Shown: positions 13,301-28,200 of the stretch, piece by piece | Layout of the letters: every line of letters begins with the position of its first letter | Position numbering within the stretch: the first letter of the stretch is position 1 | Assembly (NCBI GenBank): GCA_965655095.1 | Contig: OZ296652.1 | Span: forward strand, 24,428,001 to 24,492,000 | Length of the DNA stretch: 64,000 nucleotides | Origin: Haplodiscus bocki | Taxonomy: Eukaryota | Direction of reading: 5' to 3' | Program-made: the position numbers and the translations under genes | The notes under the pieces: generated by a model | What the model was told of the DNA's origin: nothing | The model's input: only the letters and a program-made list of their open reading frames with translations | The model's database searches: none

Positions 13301-13930
13301 TAGTAAAAACTGAATAATTTTCAGAAACCATTACATCAAGTAGATAGATAAATTCGTCAATTTTTTTGGTTCAAAAAGACCTCTTGTTGAAACTTATCGT
13401 CCTGTTTTTTTCTGGCAGATTATCGGACTTGAGCATAGGAACTCTTTGGTTTGTCCTCCTTGAACCGCTGCAGAGCCACGCAGTTCTCATTGTAGGGACG
13501 GTCCACAACGTCAACCAAATTTTGGGCTAGTTTGAGTTGTTTATCTTGGTCTTTGGACATTGTTGGTATGAGCACTGGGGACAAGTTTTCCGCTGCCAAA
13601 GTTTTCAGCTGGAATGACCAACTGAATCCTCAAGCACACGGACTGTTTGAAAACTGCCTCTCCCGGTGCAGATTTTTAGACGAGGCGAAGGTTGTCATCT
13701 TTCTTGAACACCTTGAGTTTTTTATCCAAGTAACTTGAACCATTTTTGGACCAAGGCAATAAATCAAATCCGTCACGGCATTTTCCAAAGTCCACAAAGT
13801 CGGTACAACTGAGTTTGTCCAAGGACGCAGCAGTGCTGTCAGCAATGCGTGAATGAGAAAGAACGCTGGTAAATGAAACTAGTGTTTGTTTTTGAGATGA
13901 AATTTTGGAGAATGACTTTGGCGCTCTAAC
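10326..13930. repeat. Two adjacent 1.8-kb units sharing one ~790-bp deletion
   Basis: The junction TTGGAGGAA-T-TATACGACAAAATTC occurs at ~11,155 and ~12,959. It joins positions equivalent to ~825 and ~1616 of unit 1. Confidence 0.95.
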
Positions 13931-16900
13931 TTGTTGCTTATATACGCTTTATTATCAAACATTGTCACGTGATGTTTTCTTTTTCGGGCATTGTCTTGTG
14001 ATGTTTCCTCAAAAGGTAGTTGTCACATGATAATACTTTTTGCTAAGCTTTTACAAAAGTTAGTGAGACTTTGTTTTTCAGATTCATCTGTTGATGAAAT
14101 CAATCAACATTCAGTTGCAGCTAGGATTAAACGAGCGTTGACAAAAAAAGGCGCAAATGTTTTTAGTGTTTTTGCAGACAACAAATACAAAACCAACAAT
14201 TGGATCAGTTTTGGAGACAGAATTGGGCTAGGTGAAAAAACTAAATTTGAATTGGAATTGATGTAAAATCAGATTGGATTGGTTTCTGGATGGTTATATT
14301 TTCCATGATTGTAAATTACTTAGAAATAGATCTTTGAAAACTAACAATTTTTATCAGTCCAAAGAAATTTAATTGTGTGAAGTGCTAGTGCGAACGAAAT
14401 AGCCATCGCAGGCATCGTCTGTCCCACAAGAAGAAAGATACTAACAAATAAACAGACTCCACAGATTATCAAGGGAAGAAAAGTTGCAAAGTCCTAAAGT
14501 TTTTTTTTTTGGCAATTGTTATGCCAGAACAAGGAAAAAATCAAATAAAGAAAAAGATTTGGGAAACAAAAAAGTTTCAACCTGTTAGATTTTGAACTCA
14601 AATATTTACGTATTCTTAGAATTTGATATAAAAATTTTGTAATGTGTCAGATTTTGAATTGGAAATATTCCACTTTTTAGTCAATAATAAGCTCGGAATC
14701 ATGCATTTTATCTCTCTCCTTTTTGCAGAACATTCAGCGTTTAAGTCTTTGGAGGAAGTTTTTGGAGCTCACTTCAATCCAAACTTCCACTGTTCAAGAC
14801 AATTCCATGCAAACTTTTCGTACACCGAAAAGCTTCTTTTTTTTGAGTTGTATCTTTGTGGAAGAAAAAAAGTAGCCCTGAACCTTCCCATTAAAAAAAA
14901 CTCCCAACATCGTTGAAACGTTTACATCTGCTAACTTAAAACATAAAACAATGCCAATTTTACTGTTTCAAAAATCGGTGAAAATGAAAACGAAAGGCGG
15001 AAAGAGTTTTAGGTAAAGGCAAAAGTGTTGTCCAGTCACTTGACTAAGCCATCATGAATTTGGTCCTCGTCCAAACAAGTAACACTATCGAGGCCTGTTC
15101 CAGTATCTGATCGCACTTTTCCAGCAGCATCATGTAGTATTGCATGTAGTCTAAACACTTCGGATTGACAGAATATAAACTGCAAGTACGAGTCCCCATA
15201 GCCAATGGTTCCACGAAATTTACACTTTTGTTCCATCTCACCTAAAGAATCTTGAGAATCGCACCAGAAACATGCTTTTACAAACAGGTTTTTCGGAGCA
15301 CTATTGTGTTCATTTGACAATTTTAATCCCGGATACCAAGCAAAACTGCTCATTCCAAGGGCAACATCTATTCTTGAGGAAATTCCTTCGTTTTTAAGAA
15401 AGCAGTTGTTCAATCCAGTTCAATGCACCGCTTGAAAACTAAGTCACTGTAGCTCAAAAGATTTGTTCGTTTCGAAAGTAGTTTTTGCATTCTGTCAGTT
15501 CGAGTTCCATTTCCAAACTTTCCCGATATATGTTGTTTCAACAGCAGTATACGACGAAATTTAACTTGTTTGCATCTGTCTTGTAGTTTACACATAGTTT
15601 TCTCCTACTCTTGTATATTGCCCATTTCAGACCAAAAATTTCGTTTTCTTAATCTGTCTGTTCCATAGACGGCAATTGTTGCTTTTCTTAGAAAGTTAGT
15701 GTACTTCTTTCTGGGAGAATTGCTGGGTTTCTCTAGCAAAACATGATAAAGTCCCATTTTTGAGTTTAGCTTCAAAAACGAAGTTTCTGTTATCTCAAAT
15801 GTTCCTCGTCATCTTCACTCGAGAAAAAAATGACAATGACTGAATAGTTGCAATTGCTTTTTTTAGGTAATCACAAATGGGTTTATTAGTAAAAACTGAA
15901 ATGTTTTCAGAAATCATTACATCAAGTAGATAGATAAATTCGTCAATTTTTTTGGTTCAAAAAGACCTCTTGTTGAAACTTATCGTCCTGTTTTTTTCTG
16001 GCAGATTATCGGACTTGAGCATAGGAACTCTTTGGTTTGTCCTCCTTGAACCGCTGCAGAGCCACGCAGTTCTCATTGTAGGGACGGTCCACAAAGTCAA
16101 CCATATTTCGGGCTAGTTTGAGTTGTTTATCTTGGTCTTTGGACATTGTTGGTATCAGCACTGGGGACAAGTTTTCTTCTACCAAAGTTTTCAGCTGCAA
16201 TGACCAGCTGAATCCTCCAGCACACGGACTCTTTGAAAACTGCTTCTCCCAGTGCAGATTTTTGGACGGGGCGAAAGTTGTCATCTTTCTTGAACACCTT
16301 GAGTTTTTTATCCAAGTAACTTGAATCATTTTTGGGACCAAGACAATAAATCAAATCCGTCACGGCATTTTCCAAAGTCCACAAAGTCGGTACAACTGAG
16401 TTTGTCCAAGGACGCAGCAGTGTCGTAAGCAATGCGTGATTGAGAAGGAACGCTGGTAAATGAAACTAGTGTTTGTTTTTGAGAAGAACTCTTAGAGAAT
16501 GACTTTGGCGCTCTAACTTGTTGCTTATATACGCTTTTTTATCAAACATTGTCACGTGATGTTTTCTTTTTCGGGCATTGTCTTGTGATGTTTCCTCAAA
16601 TGGTAGTTGTCACATGATAATACTTTTTGGTAAGCTTTTACAAAAGTTAGTGAGACTTTGTTTTTCAGATTCATTTGTTGATGAAATCAATCAACATTCA
16701 GTTGCAGCTAGGATTAAACGAGCGTTGACAAAAAAAGACGCAAATGTTTTTAGTGTTTTTGCAGACAACAAAGACAAAACAAACATTTGGATCAGTTTTG
16801 GAGACAGAATTGGGCTAAGTAAAAAGACTAAAATTGAATTGGAATTGATATAAAATCAGACTGGATTGGTTTCTGAATGGTTATGTGTTCAATGATTGTG

Positions 16901-19900
16901 AATTACTTAGAAAAAGATCTTTGGAAACTAACAATTTTTATCAGTCCAAAGAGATTTAAAAGTGTGAAGTGCTAGTGCGAACGAAATAGCCATCGCAGGC
17001 ATCGTCTGTCCCACAAGAAGAAAGATACTAACAAATAAACAGACTCCACAGATTATCAAGGGAAGAAAAGTTGCAAACTCCTAAAGTTTTTTTTTCTTCT
17101 TGGCAATTTTTTTGCCAGAACCGGGAAAAAATCAAATAGAAAAGAAGATTTGGAAACAAAAAAGTTACAACGTGTTAGATTTTGAACTGAAAAATTTACG
17201 TCTTCTTAGATGTTGATTTAAAACTTTTAAAATGTGTCAGATTCTGCATTGAAAATATTCCACTTTTTAGTCAAAAAATTGCTCGGAATCATGCATTTTA
17301 TCTCTCTCCTTTCTGCAGAATATTCAGCTTTTAAATCTTTGGAGGTACGTTTTAGAGCTCAATTCAATCCAAACTTCCACTGTTCAAAACAATTCCATGC
17401 AAACTTTTCGTACACCGAAAAGCTTCTTTTATCGAGTTGTATCTTTGTGGAAGAAAAAAGTAGCCCTGAACCTTCCCATCAAAAAAAAACTCCCAACTTC
17501 GTTAAAACGTCTACATCTGCTAACTTAAAACATAAAACAATGCCAATTTTACTGTTTCAAAAATCGGTGAAAATGAAAACGAAAGGCGGAAAGAGTTTTA
17601 GGTAAAGGCAAAAGTGTTGTCCAGTCACTTGACTAAGCCATCATGAATTTGGTCCTCGTCCAAACAAGTAACACTATCGAGGCCTGTTCCAGTATCTGAT
17701 CGCACTTTTCCAGCAGCATCATGTAGTATTGCATGTAGTCTAAACACTTCGGATTGACAGAATATAAACTGCAAGTACGAGTCCCCATAGCCAACGGTTC
17801 CACGAAATTTACATTTTTGTTCCATCTCACGTAAAGGAAGTCTAGCATCCCAACAGAAACGTGCACTTACAAACAGGTTTTTCGGAGTTCTATTGTGTCC
17901 TTTTGACAGTTTTAATCCCGGATACCATCAAAAAATGCTCATTTGAAAAGCAACATTCAATTTTGACGAAACTCGTTTTTTAATGAGCAGTTGTTCAGTC
18001 CAGTTCAGTGCACCGCTTGAAAAATACGTCACTCTAGCTCAAAAGCTTTACTTGTTTCGAAAGAAGTTTTTTGTATTCTGTCAGTTCGAGTTCCATTTCC
18101 GACTTTTCCCGATATATGTTGTTTCAATAGCAGTATACGACAAAATTCAAGTTGTCTGCATCTGTCTGGTAGTTTACACATAATTTTTTCCTATTGTTGT
18201 ATATTGCCCATTTCAGACCAGAATAATCCTTTTCTGAATCAGTCTGTTCAAAAGTCGGCAATGTTTGCTTTTGTTAGAGAGTTAGTGTACATATTTCTGG
18301 GAGAACTGCTGGGTTTTTCAAGCAAAACATGATAAAGTCCCATTTTTGATTTTAGCTTCAAAGAAAAGTTTCTATTATCCCAAATTTTCTCCTTCATCTT
18401 CACTCGAGTGGAAAAAAATGACAAAGATTGAATAGTTGCAATTACTTTCCTTGGGAAATCAAAATTGGGTTTATTAGTAAAAACTGAAAAATTTTCAGAA
18501 ATCATTACATCAAGTAGATAGATAAATTCGTCACATTTTTGGTTCAAAAAGACCTCTTGTTGAAACTTATCGTCCTGTTTTTTTCTGGCAGATTATCGGG
18601 CTTGAGCATAGGAACTCTTTGGTTTGTCCTCCTTGAACCGCTGCGGAGCCACGCAGTTCTCATTGTAGGGACGGTCCACAACGTCAACCAAATTTTGGGC
18701 TAGTTTGAGTTGTTTATCTTGGTCTTTGGACATTGTTGGTATGAGCACTGGGGACAAGTTTTCCTCTGCCAAAGTTTTCAGCTGGAATGACCAACTGAAT
18801 CCTCAAGCACACGGACTGTTTGAAAACTGCCTCTCCCGGTGCAGATTTTTAGACGAGGCGAAGGTTGTCATCTTTCTTGAACACCTTGAGTTTTTTATCC
18901 AAGTAACTTGAATCATTTTTGGGACCAAGACAATAAATCAAATCCGTCACGGCATTTTCCAAAGTCCACAAAGTCGGTACAACTGAGTTTGTCCAAGGAC
19001 GCAGCAGTGCTGTCAGCAATGCGTGAATGAGAAAGAACGCTGGTAAATGAAACTAGTGTTTGTTTTTGAGATGAAATTTTGGAGAATGACTTTGGCGCTC
19101 TAACTTGTTGCTTATATACGCTTCCTTATCAAACATTGTTACGTGATGTTCTCTTTTTCGGGCATTGTCTTGTGATGTTTCCTCAAATGGTAGTTGTCAC
19201 GTAATATTGTTTTTTGGTAACCCTTTACAGCAGTTATTGAGACTTTGATTTTCAGATTTAACCATTAAGGAAATCAATCAACAATCAGATGCAGCTGTGA
19301 TTATGCAAGCGTTGACAAAAAGAGACACAAAAGTATTTAGAGCTTTTTCCAGACAACAAGTACAAAACAAACACTTGGATCCGTTTTGGAGACAGAATTG
19401 GGCTAGGTAAAAAGACTAAATTTGACTTGGAATTGAAATAAAGTTAGATTGGTTTGGTTTTTGGATGGTTATGTTTTCCATGATTGTAAATTACTCAGAA
19501 ATAAATCTTTGGAAACTAACAATTTTCATCAGTCCAAAGAGATATAAAAACGTGAAGTGCTAGTGCGAACGAAATAGCCATCGCAGCCATCGTCAGTCCC
19601 AAAACAACAAAGATTCCAACAAATAAACAGACTCCACAGATTATCAGGGGGCCAAGACTTGTAAACTCCTCAAATTTCTTTCTTATTGGCAATTGTTATG
19701 CCAGAACCAGGAAAAAATCAAATAAAGAAAAAGATTTGGAAACAAAAAAGTTTCAACCTGTTAGATTTTGAACTGAAAGATTTACGTATTCTTAGAAGTT
19801 GATATAAAAATTTTGTAATGTGTCAGATTTTGAATTGAAAATATTCCACTTTTTAGTCAATAATCAGCTCGGAATCATGCATATTATCTCTCTCCTTTTT

Positions 19901-22077
19901 GCAGAACATTCAGTGTTTAAATCTTTGGAGGAACTTTTTGGAGCTCACTTCAATCCAAACTTCCACTGTTCAAGACAATTCCATGCAAACTTTTCGTACA
20001 CCGAAAAGCTTCTTTTTTTGAATTGTATCTTTGTGGAAGAAAAAAAGTAGCCCTGAACCTTCCCATAAAAAAACTCCCAACTTCGTTGAAACGTTTACAT
20101 CTGCCAACTTAAAACATAAAACAATGTCAATTTTACTGTTTCAAAAAAAAGTGAAGTTGAAAAGGAAAGGCGGAAAGAGTTTTAGGTAAAGGCAAAATAG
20201 TTGTCCAGTCACGTGACTAAGCAATCAAGAATTTGGTCCGCGTCCAAACAAGTAACCTTATCGAGGCCTGTTCCAGTTTCTGATCGCACTTTTCCAGCAG
20301 CATCATGTAGTATTGCATGTAGTCTAAACACTTCGGAGTGACAGAATATAAACTGCAAGTACGAGTCCCCAAAGCCAATGGCTCCACAAAAATTACATTT
20401 TTGTTCCATCTCACGTAACGAGAGTTTAGAATCCCAACAGAAACGTGCACTTACAAAAAGGTTGTTCGGAGCACTATTGTGTTCATTTGACTGTTTTAAT
20501 CCCGGATACCATCCAAAATTGCTCATTTGAAAAGCAACATCTATTCTTGACGAAATTCCTTCGTTTTTATGTAAGCAGTTGTTCAATCCAGTTCAAGGCA
20601 CCGCTTGAAAAATACGTCACTGTAGCTCAAAAGGTTTACTTGTTTCGAAAGAAGTATTTTGTATTCTGTCAGTTCGAGTTCCATTTCCGAATTTTCCCGA
20701 TATATGTTGTTTCATTAGCAGTATACGACAAAATTCAACTTGTCTGCATCTGTCTTGTAGTTTACCCATAAGTTTTGTTCTACTGTTGTATATTGCCCTT
20801 TTTAGACCAAAAGTTTCGTTTTCTGAATCAGTCTGTTCAGTAGACGACAATTGTTATTTTTCTTAGAGAGTTAGTGTACTTATTTCTGGGAGAACTGCTG
20901 TGTGTTTCAAGCAAAACATGATAAAGCCCCATTTTTGAGTTTAGCTTCAAAAAAGAAGTTTCTGTTATCTCAATTGTTCCACATCTTCTCTCAAGAAAAA
21001 AAATGACAATGACTGACTAGTTGCATATCTTTTTTTAGGAAATCACAAATGGGTTTATTGGTAATAATTGAAATGTTTTCAGAAATCAATACATCAAGTA
21101 GATAGATAAGTTTTTCAAGTTTCTGGTTCAAAAAGACCTCTTATTGAAACCTATCGTCCTGTTTCTTTTTGGCAAATTATTGGACTTGAGCATATGAACT
21201 CTTTGGTTTGTCCCCCTTCAACAACCGCAGAGCCACGCAGTTCTCATTGTAGGGAAGGTCCACAAAGTCAACCAAAATTTGGGTTCGTTTGAGATGTTTA
21301 TCTTGGTCTTTGGACATTGTTGGTATCAGCACTGGGGACAAGTTTTCTACCAAAGTTTTCAGCTGCAAAGACCAGCTGAATCCTCAAGCACACGGATTGT
21401 TTAAAAACTGCCTCTCCCAATGAAATTATTAATACGAGGCGAAAATTGTCAATTTTCTTGAACACTTTGAGTTTTATATCCAAGTAACTTGATTCATTTT
21501 TGGTACCAAGACTATAAATCAAATCCGTCACGGCATTTTCCAAAGTCCACAAAGTCGGTACAACTGAGTTTTTCCAAGGACGCAGCAGTGTTCTAAGCAA
21601 TGCGTGAATGAGAAAGAACGCTGGTAAATGAAACTAGTGTTTGTTTTTGAGATGAAATTTTGGAGAATGGCTTTGGCGGTCTAACTTGTTGCTTATATAC
21701 GCTTTATTATCAAACATTGTCACGTGATGTTTTCTTTTTCGGGCATTGTCTTGTGATGTTTCCTCAAATGGTAGTTGTCATATGATAATACTTTTTGGTA
21801 AGCCTTTACAAAAGTTAGTGAGACTTTGTCTTTCAGATTCATTCGTTGATGAAATCAATCAACATTCAGATGCAGCTGTGATAAAGCGAGCGTTGACAAA
21901 AAAAGACGCAAATGTTTTTAGTGTTTTTTCAGACAACAAATACAAAACAAACAATTGTATCCGTTTTGGAGACAGAATTGGGCTAGGTGAAAAAAAAACT
22001 AAATTTGAATTGGAATTGATATAAAATCAGATTGCTTTGGTTTTTGGATGGTTATGTTTTCTATGATTGAAAATTAC

Positions 22078-22275
22078 TTAGAAATAGATCTTTGAAAACT
22101 TATAAGTTTTATCAGTCCAAAGAGATTTAAAACTGTGAAGTGCTAGTGCGAACGAAATAGCCATCGCCGCCATCGTCAGTCCCACAAGAACAAAGATTCT
22201 AACAAATAAACAGACTCCACAGATTATCAGGGGGCCAAGACTTGCAAACTCCTCAAATTTCTTTCTTATTGGCAA
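22078..22275 (-). CDS. 65-aa hydrophobic, probably membrane, ORF; open in this unit and mostly disrupted in the others
   Basis: ATG start and a long hydrophobic stretch, LIICGVCLFVRIFVLVGLTMAAMAISFALAL. Homologous sequence is present in every unit. Confidence 0.35.
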   Translation of the reverse strand: MPIRKKFEEFASLGPLIICGVCLFVRIFVLVGLTMAAMAISFALALHSFKSLWTDKTYKFSKIYF

Positions 22276-25200
22276 TTTTTATGCCAGAACCAGGAAAAAT
22301 CAAATAAAAAAGAAGATTTGGAAACAAAAAAGTTACAACCTGTTAGATTTTGAACTGAAAATTTTGTGTCGTCTTAGAAGTTGGTTTAAAAATTTTACAA
22401 TGCGTCAGATTGTGAATTGAAAATTTTCCACAATTTAGTCAAAAAATTGCTGTGAATCATGCATTTTATCTCTCTCCTTTTTGCAGAACATTCAGCGTTG
22501 AAATCTTAGGAGGAACTTTTTGGAGCTCACTTCAATCCAAACTTCCACTTTTCAAGACAATTCCATGCAAACTTTTCGTACACCGAAAAGCTTGTTCTTT
22601 TGAATTGTATTTTTGTGGAAGAAAAAAAGTAGCCCTGAACCTTCCCATAGAAAAAACTCCCAACTTCGTTAAAACATTTTCACCTGCTAACTCAAAACTA
22701 AAAACAATGCCAATTTTACTGTTTCAAAAATCGATGAGGTTGAAACCGAAAGACAGAAAGAGTTTTAGGTAAAGGCAAAAGAGTATTCCAGTCATGTGAC
22801 CAAGCAATCATGACTTTGGTCCTAGTCCAAGCAAGTAACACTATCGGGGCCTGTTCCAGTTTCTGATCGCACTTTCCCAGCAGCATCATGTAGTATTGCA
22901 TGTAGTCTAAACACTTCGGAGTGACAGAATATAAACTGCAAGTACGAGTCCGAATAGCCAATGGTTCCACAAAATTTACATTTTTGTTCCACCTCACTTA
23001 AAGAAAGTTTAGCGTCCCATCAGAAACGTGCACTTACAAAAAGGTTGTTTGGAGAATTATTTTGTTCATTTGACAATTTTAGTCCCGGATACCATCCAAG
23101 ATTGCTCATTCGAAAGGCAACATCCATTCTTGACGAAATTCGTTTTTTAGTCAGCAGTTGTTCAATCCAGTTCAAGGCACCGCTTGAAAAATACGTCACT
23201 GTAGCTCAAAAGGTTTACTTGTTTCGGAAGAAGTATTTTGTATTCTGTCAGTTCGAGTTCAATTTCCGAATTTTCTCGATATATGTTGTTTCATTAGCAG
23301 TATACGACAAAATTCACCTTGTCTGGATCTGTCTTGTAGTTTATCCATAATTTTCTTCTACTGTTGTATATTGCCCTTTTTAGACCAAAAATTTCGTTTT
23401 CTGAATCAGTCGGTTCAGCAGACGGAAATTGTTGCTTTTCTTAGAGAGTTAGTGTACTTATTTCTGGGAGAATTGCTGGGTGTTTCAAGCAAAACATGAT
23501 AAAGCCCCATTTTTGAGTATAGCTTCAAAAAAGAAGTTTCTGTCATCTCAAATGTTCCTCATCTTCTCTCGAGAAAAAAAAGACACTGAACGACTAGTTG
23601 CATTTCTTTTTTAGGAAATCACTAATGGGTTTATTAGTAATAACTGCAATGTTTTCAGAAATCATGACATCAAGTAGATAGATAAGTTCTTCAAGCTTCT
23701 GGTTCAAAAAGACCTCTCATTGAAACCTGTTGACCTGTTTCTTTCTGGCAAATTGTTGGACTTGAGCATATGAACTCTTTGGTTTGTCCCCCTTCAAACA
23801 CCGCAGAGCCACTCAGTTCTCATTGTAGGGACGGTCCACAAAGTCAACCATATTTCGGGCTAGTTTGAGTTGTTTATCTTGGTCTTTGGACATTGTTGGT
23901 ATCAGCACTGGGGACAAGTTTTCTCCTACCAAAGTTTTTAGCTGCAATGACCAGCTGAATCCTCAAGCACACGGACAATTTGAAAACTGCCTCTCCCATT
24001 GGAAATATTAAAACGAAGCGAAAATTGTCATTTTTCTTGAACACTTTGGGTTTTATATCCAAGTAACTTGATTCATTTTTGGGACCAAGACAATAAATCA
24101 AATCCGTCACGGCATTTTCCAAAGTCCACAAAGTCGGTACAACTGAGTTTGTCCAAGGAAGCAGCAGTGTTGTAAGCAATGCGTGATTGAGAAAGAACGC
24201 TGGTAAATGAAACTAGTGTTTGTTTTTGAGAAGAAATCTTAGAGAATGACTTTGGCGCTCTAACTTGTTGCTTATATACGCTTTTTTATCACACATTGTC
24301 ACGTGATGTTTTCTTTTTCGGGCATTGTCTTGTGATGGTTCCTCAAATGGTAGTTGTGACATGATAATACTTTTTGGTAAGCCTTTACAGAAGTTAGTGA
24401 GACTTTGTTTTTCAGATTCATTCGTTGATGAAATCAATCAACATTCAGATGCAGCTGTGATCAAACAAGCGTTGACAGAAAGACACAAATCTTTTTAGAG
24501 CTTTTTCAGACAACAAAAACAAAAAACCAATTGGTTCAGTTTTGGAGACAGAATTGGGCTAGGTAAAAAGACTAAATTTGACTTGGAATTGAAATAAAGT
24601 TAGATTGGTTTGGTTTTTGGATGGTTATGTTTTCCATGATTGTAAATTACTCAGAAATAAATCTTTGGAAACTAACAATTTTCATCAGTCCAAAGAGATA
24701 TAAAAACGTGAAGTGCTAATGCGAACGAAATAGCCATCGCAGCCATCGTCAGTCCCAAAACAACAAAGATACTAACAAATAAACAGACTCCACAGATTAT
24801 CAGGGGACCAAAACTTGCAAACTCCTCAAATTTCTTTCTTATTGGCAATTTTTATGCCAGAACCAGGAAAAATCAAATAAAAAAGAAGATTTGGAAACAA
24901 AAAAGTTACAACCTGTTAGATTTTGAACTGAAAATTTTGTGTCTTCTTAGAAATTGATTTAAAAATTTTACAATGTGTCAGATTGTGAATTGAAAATTTT
25001 CCACAATTTAGTCAAAAAATTGCTGTGAATCATGCATTTTATCTCTCTCCTTTTTGCAGAACATTCAGCGTTGAAATCTTTGGAGGAACTTTTTGGAGCT
25101 CACTTCAATCCAAACTTCCACTTTTCAAGACAATTCCATGCAAACTTTTCGTACACCGAAAATCTTGTTCTTTTGAATTGTATTTTTGTGGAAGAAAAAA

Positions 25201-28200
25201 AGTAGCCCTGAACCTTCCCATAGAAAAAACTCCCAACTTCGTTAAAACTTTTTCACCTGCTAACTCAAAACTAAAAACAATGCCAATTTTACTGTTTCAA
25301 AAATCGATGAGGTTGAAACCGAAAGACAGAAAGAGTTTTAGGTAAAGGCAAAAGAGTATTCCAGTCACGTGACCAAGCAATCATGACTTTGGTCCTAGTC
25401 CAAGCAAGTAACACTATCGGGGCCTGTTCCAGTTTCTGATCGCACTTTCCCAGCAGCATCATGTAGTATTGCATGTAGTCTAAACACTTCGGAGTGACAG
25501 AATATAAACTGCAAGTACGAGTCCGAATAGCCAATGGTTCCACAAAATTTACATTTTTGTTCCACCTCACTTGAAGAAAGTTTAGCGTCCCATCAGAAAC
25601 GTGCTCTTACAAAAAGGTTGTTTGGAGAATTATTGTGGTCATTTGACAATTTTAGTCCCGGATACCATCCAAGATTGCTCATTCGAAAGGCAACATCCAT
25701 TCTTGACGAAATTCGTTTTTTAGTCAGCAGTTGTTCAATCCAGTTCAAGGCACCGCTTGAAAAATACGTCACTGTAGCTCAAAAGGTTTACTTGTTTCGG
25801 AAGAAGTATTTTGTATTCTGTCAGTTCGAGTTCAATTTCCGAATTTTCCCGATATATGTTGTTTCATTAGCAGTATACGACAAAATTCACCTTGTCTGGA
25901 TCTGTCTTGTAGTTTATCCATAATTTTCTTCTACTGTTGTATATTGCCCTTTTTAGACCAAAAATTTCGTTTTCTGAATCAGTCGGTTCAGTAGACGGCA
26001 ATTGTTGCTTTTCTCAGAGAGTTAGTGTACTTATTTCTGGGAGAATTGCTGGGTGTTTCAAGCAAAACATGATAAAGCCCCATTTTTGAGTATAGCTTCA
26101 AAAAAGAAGTTTCTGTCATCTCAAATGTTCCTCATCTTCTCTCGAGAAAAAAAAGACACTGAACGACTAGTTGCATTTCTTTTTTAGGAAATCACTAATG
26201 GGTTTATTAGTAATAACTGCAATGTTTTCAGAAATCATGACATCAAGTAGATAGATAAGTTCTTCAAGCTTCTGGTTCAAAAAGACCTCTCATTGAAACC
26301 TGTTGACCTGTTTCTTTCTGGCAAATTGTTGGACTTGAGCATATGAACTCTTTGGTTTGTCCCCCTTCAAACACCGCAGAGCCACTCAGTTCTCATTGTA
26401 GGGACGGTCCACAAAGTCAACCATATTTCGGGCTAGTTTGAGTTGTTTATCTTGGTCTTTGGACATTGTTGGTATCAGCACTGGGGACAAGTTTTCTTCT
26501 ACCAAAGTTTTTAGCTGCAATGACCAGCTGAATCCTCAAGCACACGGACTATTTGAAAACTGCCTCTTCCAATGGAAATATTAAAACGAAGCGAAAATTG
26601 TCATTTTTCTTGAACACTTTGAGTTTTATATCCAAGTAACTTGATTCATTTTTGGGACCAAGACAATAAATCAAATCCGTCACGGCATTTTCCAAAGTCC
26701 ACAAAGTCGGTACAACTGAGTTTGTCCAAGGAAGCAGCAGTGTTGTAAGCAATGCGTGATTGAGAAAGAACGCTGGTAAATGAAACTAGTGTTTGTTTTT
26801 GAGAAGAAATCTTAGAGAATGACTTTGGCGCTCTAACTTGTTGCTTATATACGCTTTTTTATCACACATTGTCACGTGATGTTTTCTTTTTCGGGCATTG
26901 TCTTGTGATGGTTCCTCAAATGGTAGTTGTGACATGATAATACTTTTTGGTAAGCCTTTACAGAAGTTAGTGAGACTTTGTTTTTCAGATTCATTCGTTG
27001 ATGAAATCAATCAACATTCAGATGCAGCTGTGATCAAACAAGCGTTGACAGAAAGACACAAATCTTTTTAGAGCTTTTTCAGACAACAAAAACAAAAAAC
27101 CAATTGGTTCAGTTTTGGAGACAGAATTGGGCTAGGTAAAAAGACTAAATTTGACTTGGAATTGAAATAAAGTTAGATTGGTTTGGTTTTTGGATGGTTA
27201 TGTTTTCCATGATTGTAAATTACTCAGAAATAAATCTTTGGAAACTAACAATTTTCATCAGTCCAAAGAGATATAAAAACGTGAAGTGCTAATGCGAACG
27301 AAATAGCCATCGCAGCCATCGTCAGTCCCAAAACAACAAAGATACTAACAAATAAACAGACTCCACAGATTATCAGGGGACCAAAACTTGCAAACTCCTC
27401 AAATTTCTTTCTTATTGGCAATTTTTATGCCAGAACCAGGAAAAATCAAATAAAAAAGAAGATTTGGAAACAAAAAAGTTACAACCTGTTAGATTTTGAA
27501 CTGAAAATTTTGTGTCTTCTTAGAAATTGATTTAAAAATTTTACAATGTGTCAGATTGTGAATTGAAAATTTTCCACAATTTAGTCAAAAAATTGCTGTG
27601 AATCATGCATTTTATCTCTCTCCTTTTTGCAGAACATTCAGCGTTGAAATCTTTGGAGGAACTTTTTGGAGCTCACTTCAATCCAAACTTCCACTTTTCA
27701 AGACAATTCCATGCAAACTTTTCGTACACCGAAAATCTTGTTCTTTTGAATTGTATTTTTGTGGAAGAAAAAAAGTAGCCCTGAACCTTCCCATAGAAAA
27801 AACTCCCAACTTCGTTAAAACTTTTTCACCTGCTAACTCAAAACTAAAAACAATGCCAATTTTACTGTTTCAAAAATCGATGAGGTTGAAACCGAAAGAC
27901 AGAAAGAGTTTTAGGTAAAGGCAAAAGAGTATTCCAGTCACGTGACCAAGCAATCATGACTTTGGTCCTAGTCCAAGCAAGTAACACTATCGGGGCCTGT
28001 TCCAGTTTCTGATCGCACTTTCCCAGCAGCATCATGTAGTATTGCATGTAGTCTAAACACTTCGGAGTGACAGAATATAAACTGCAAGTACGAGTCCGAA
28101 TAGCCAATGGTTCCACAAAATTTACATTTTTGTTCCACCTCACTTGAAGAAAGTTTAGCGTCCCATCAGAAACGTGCACTTACAAAAAGGTTGTTTGGAG

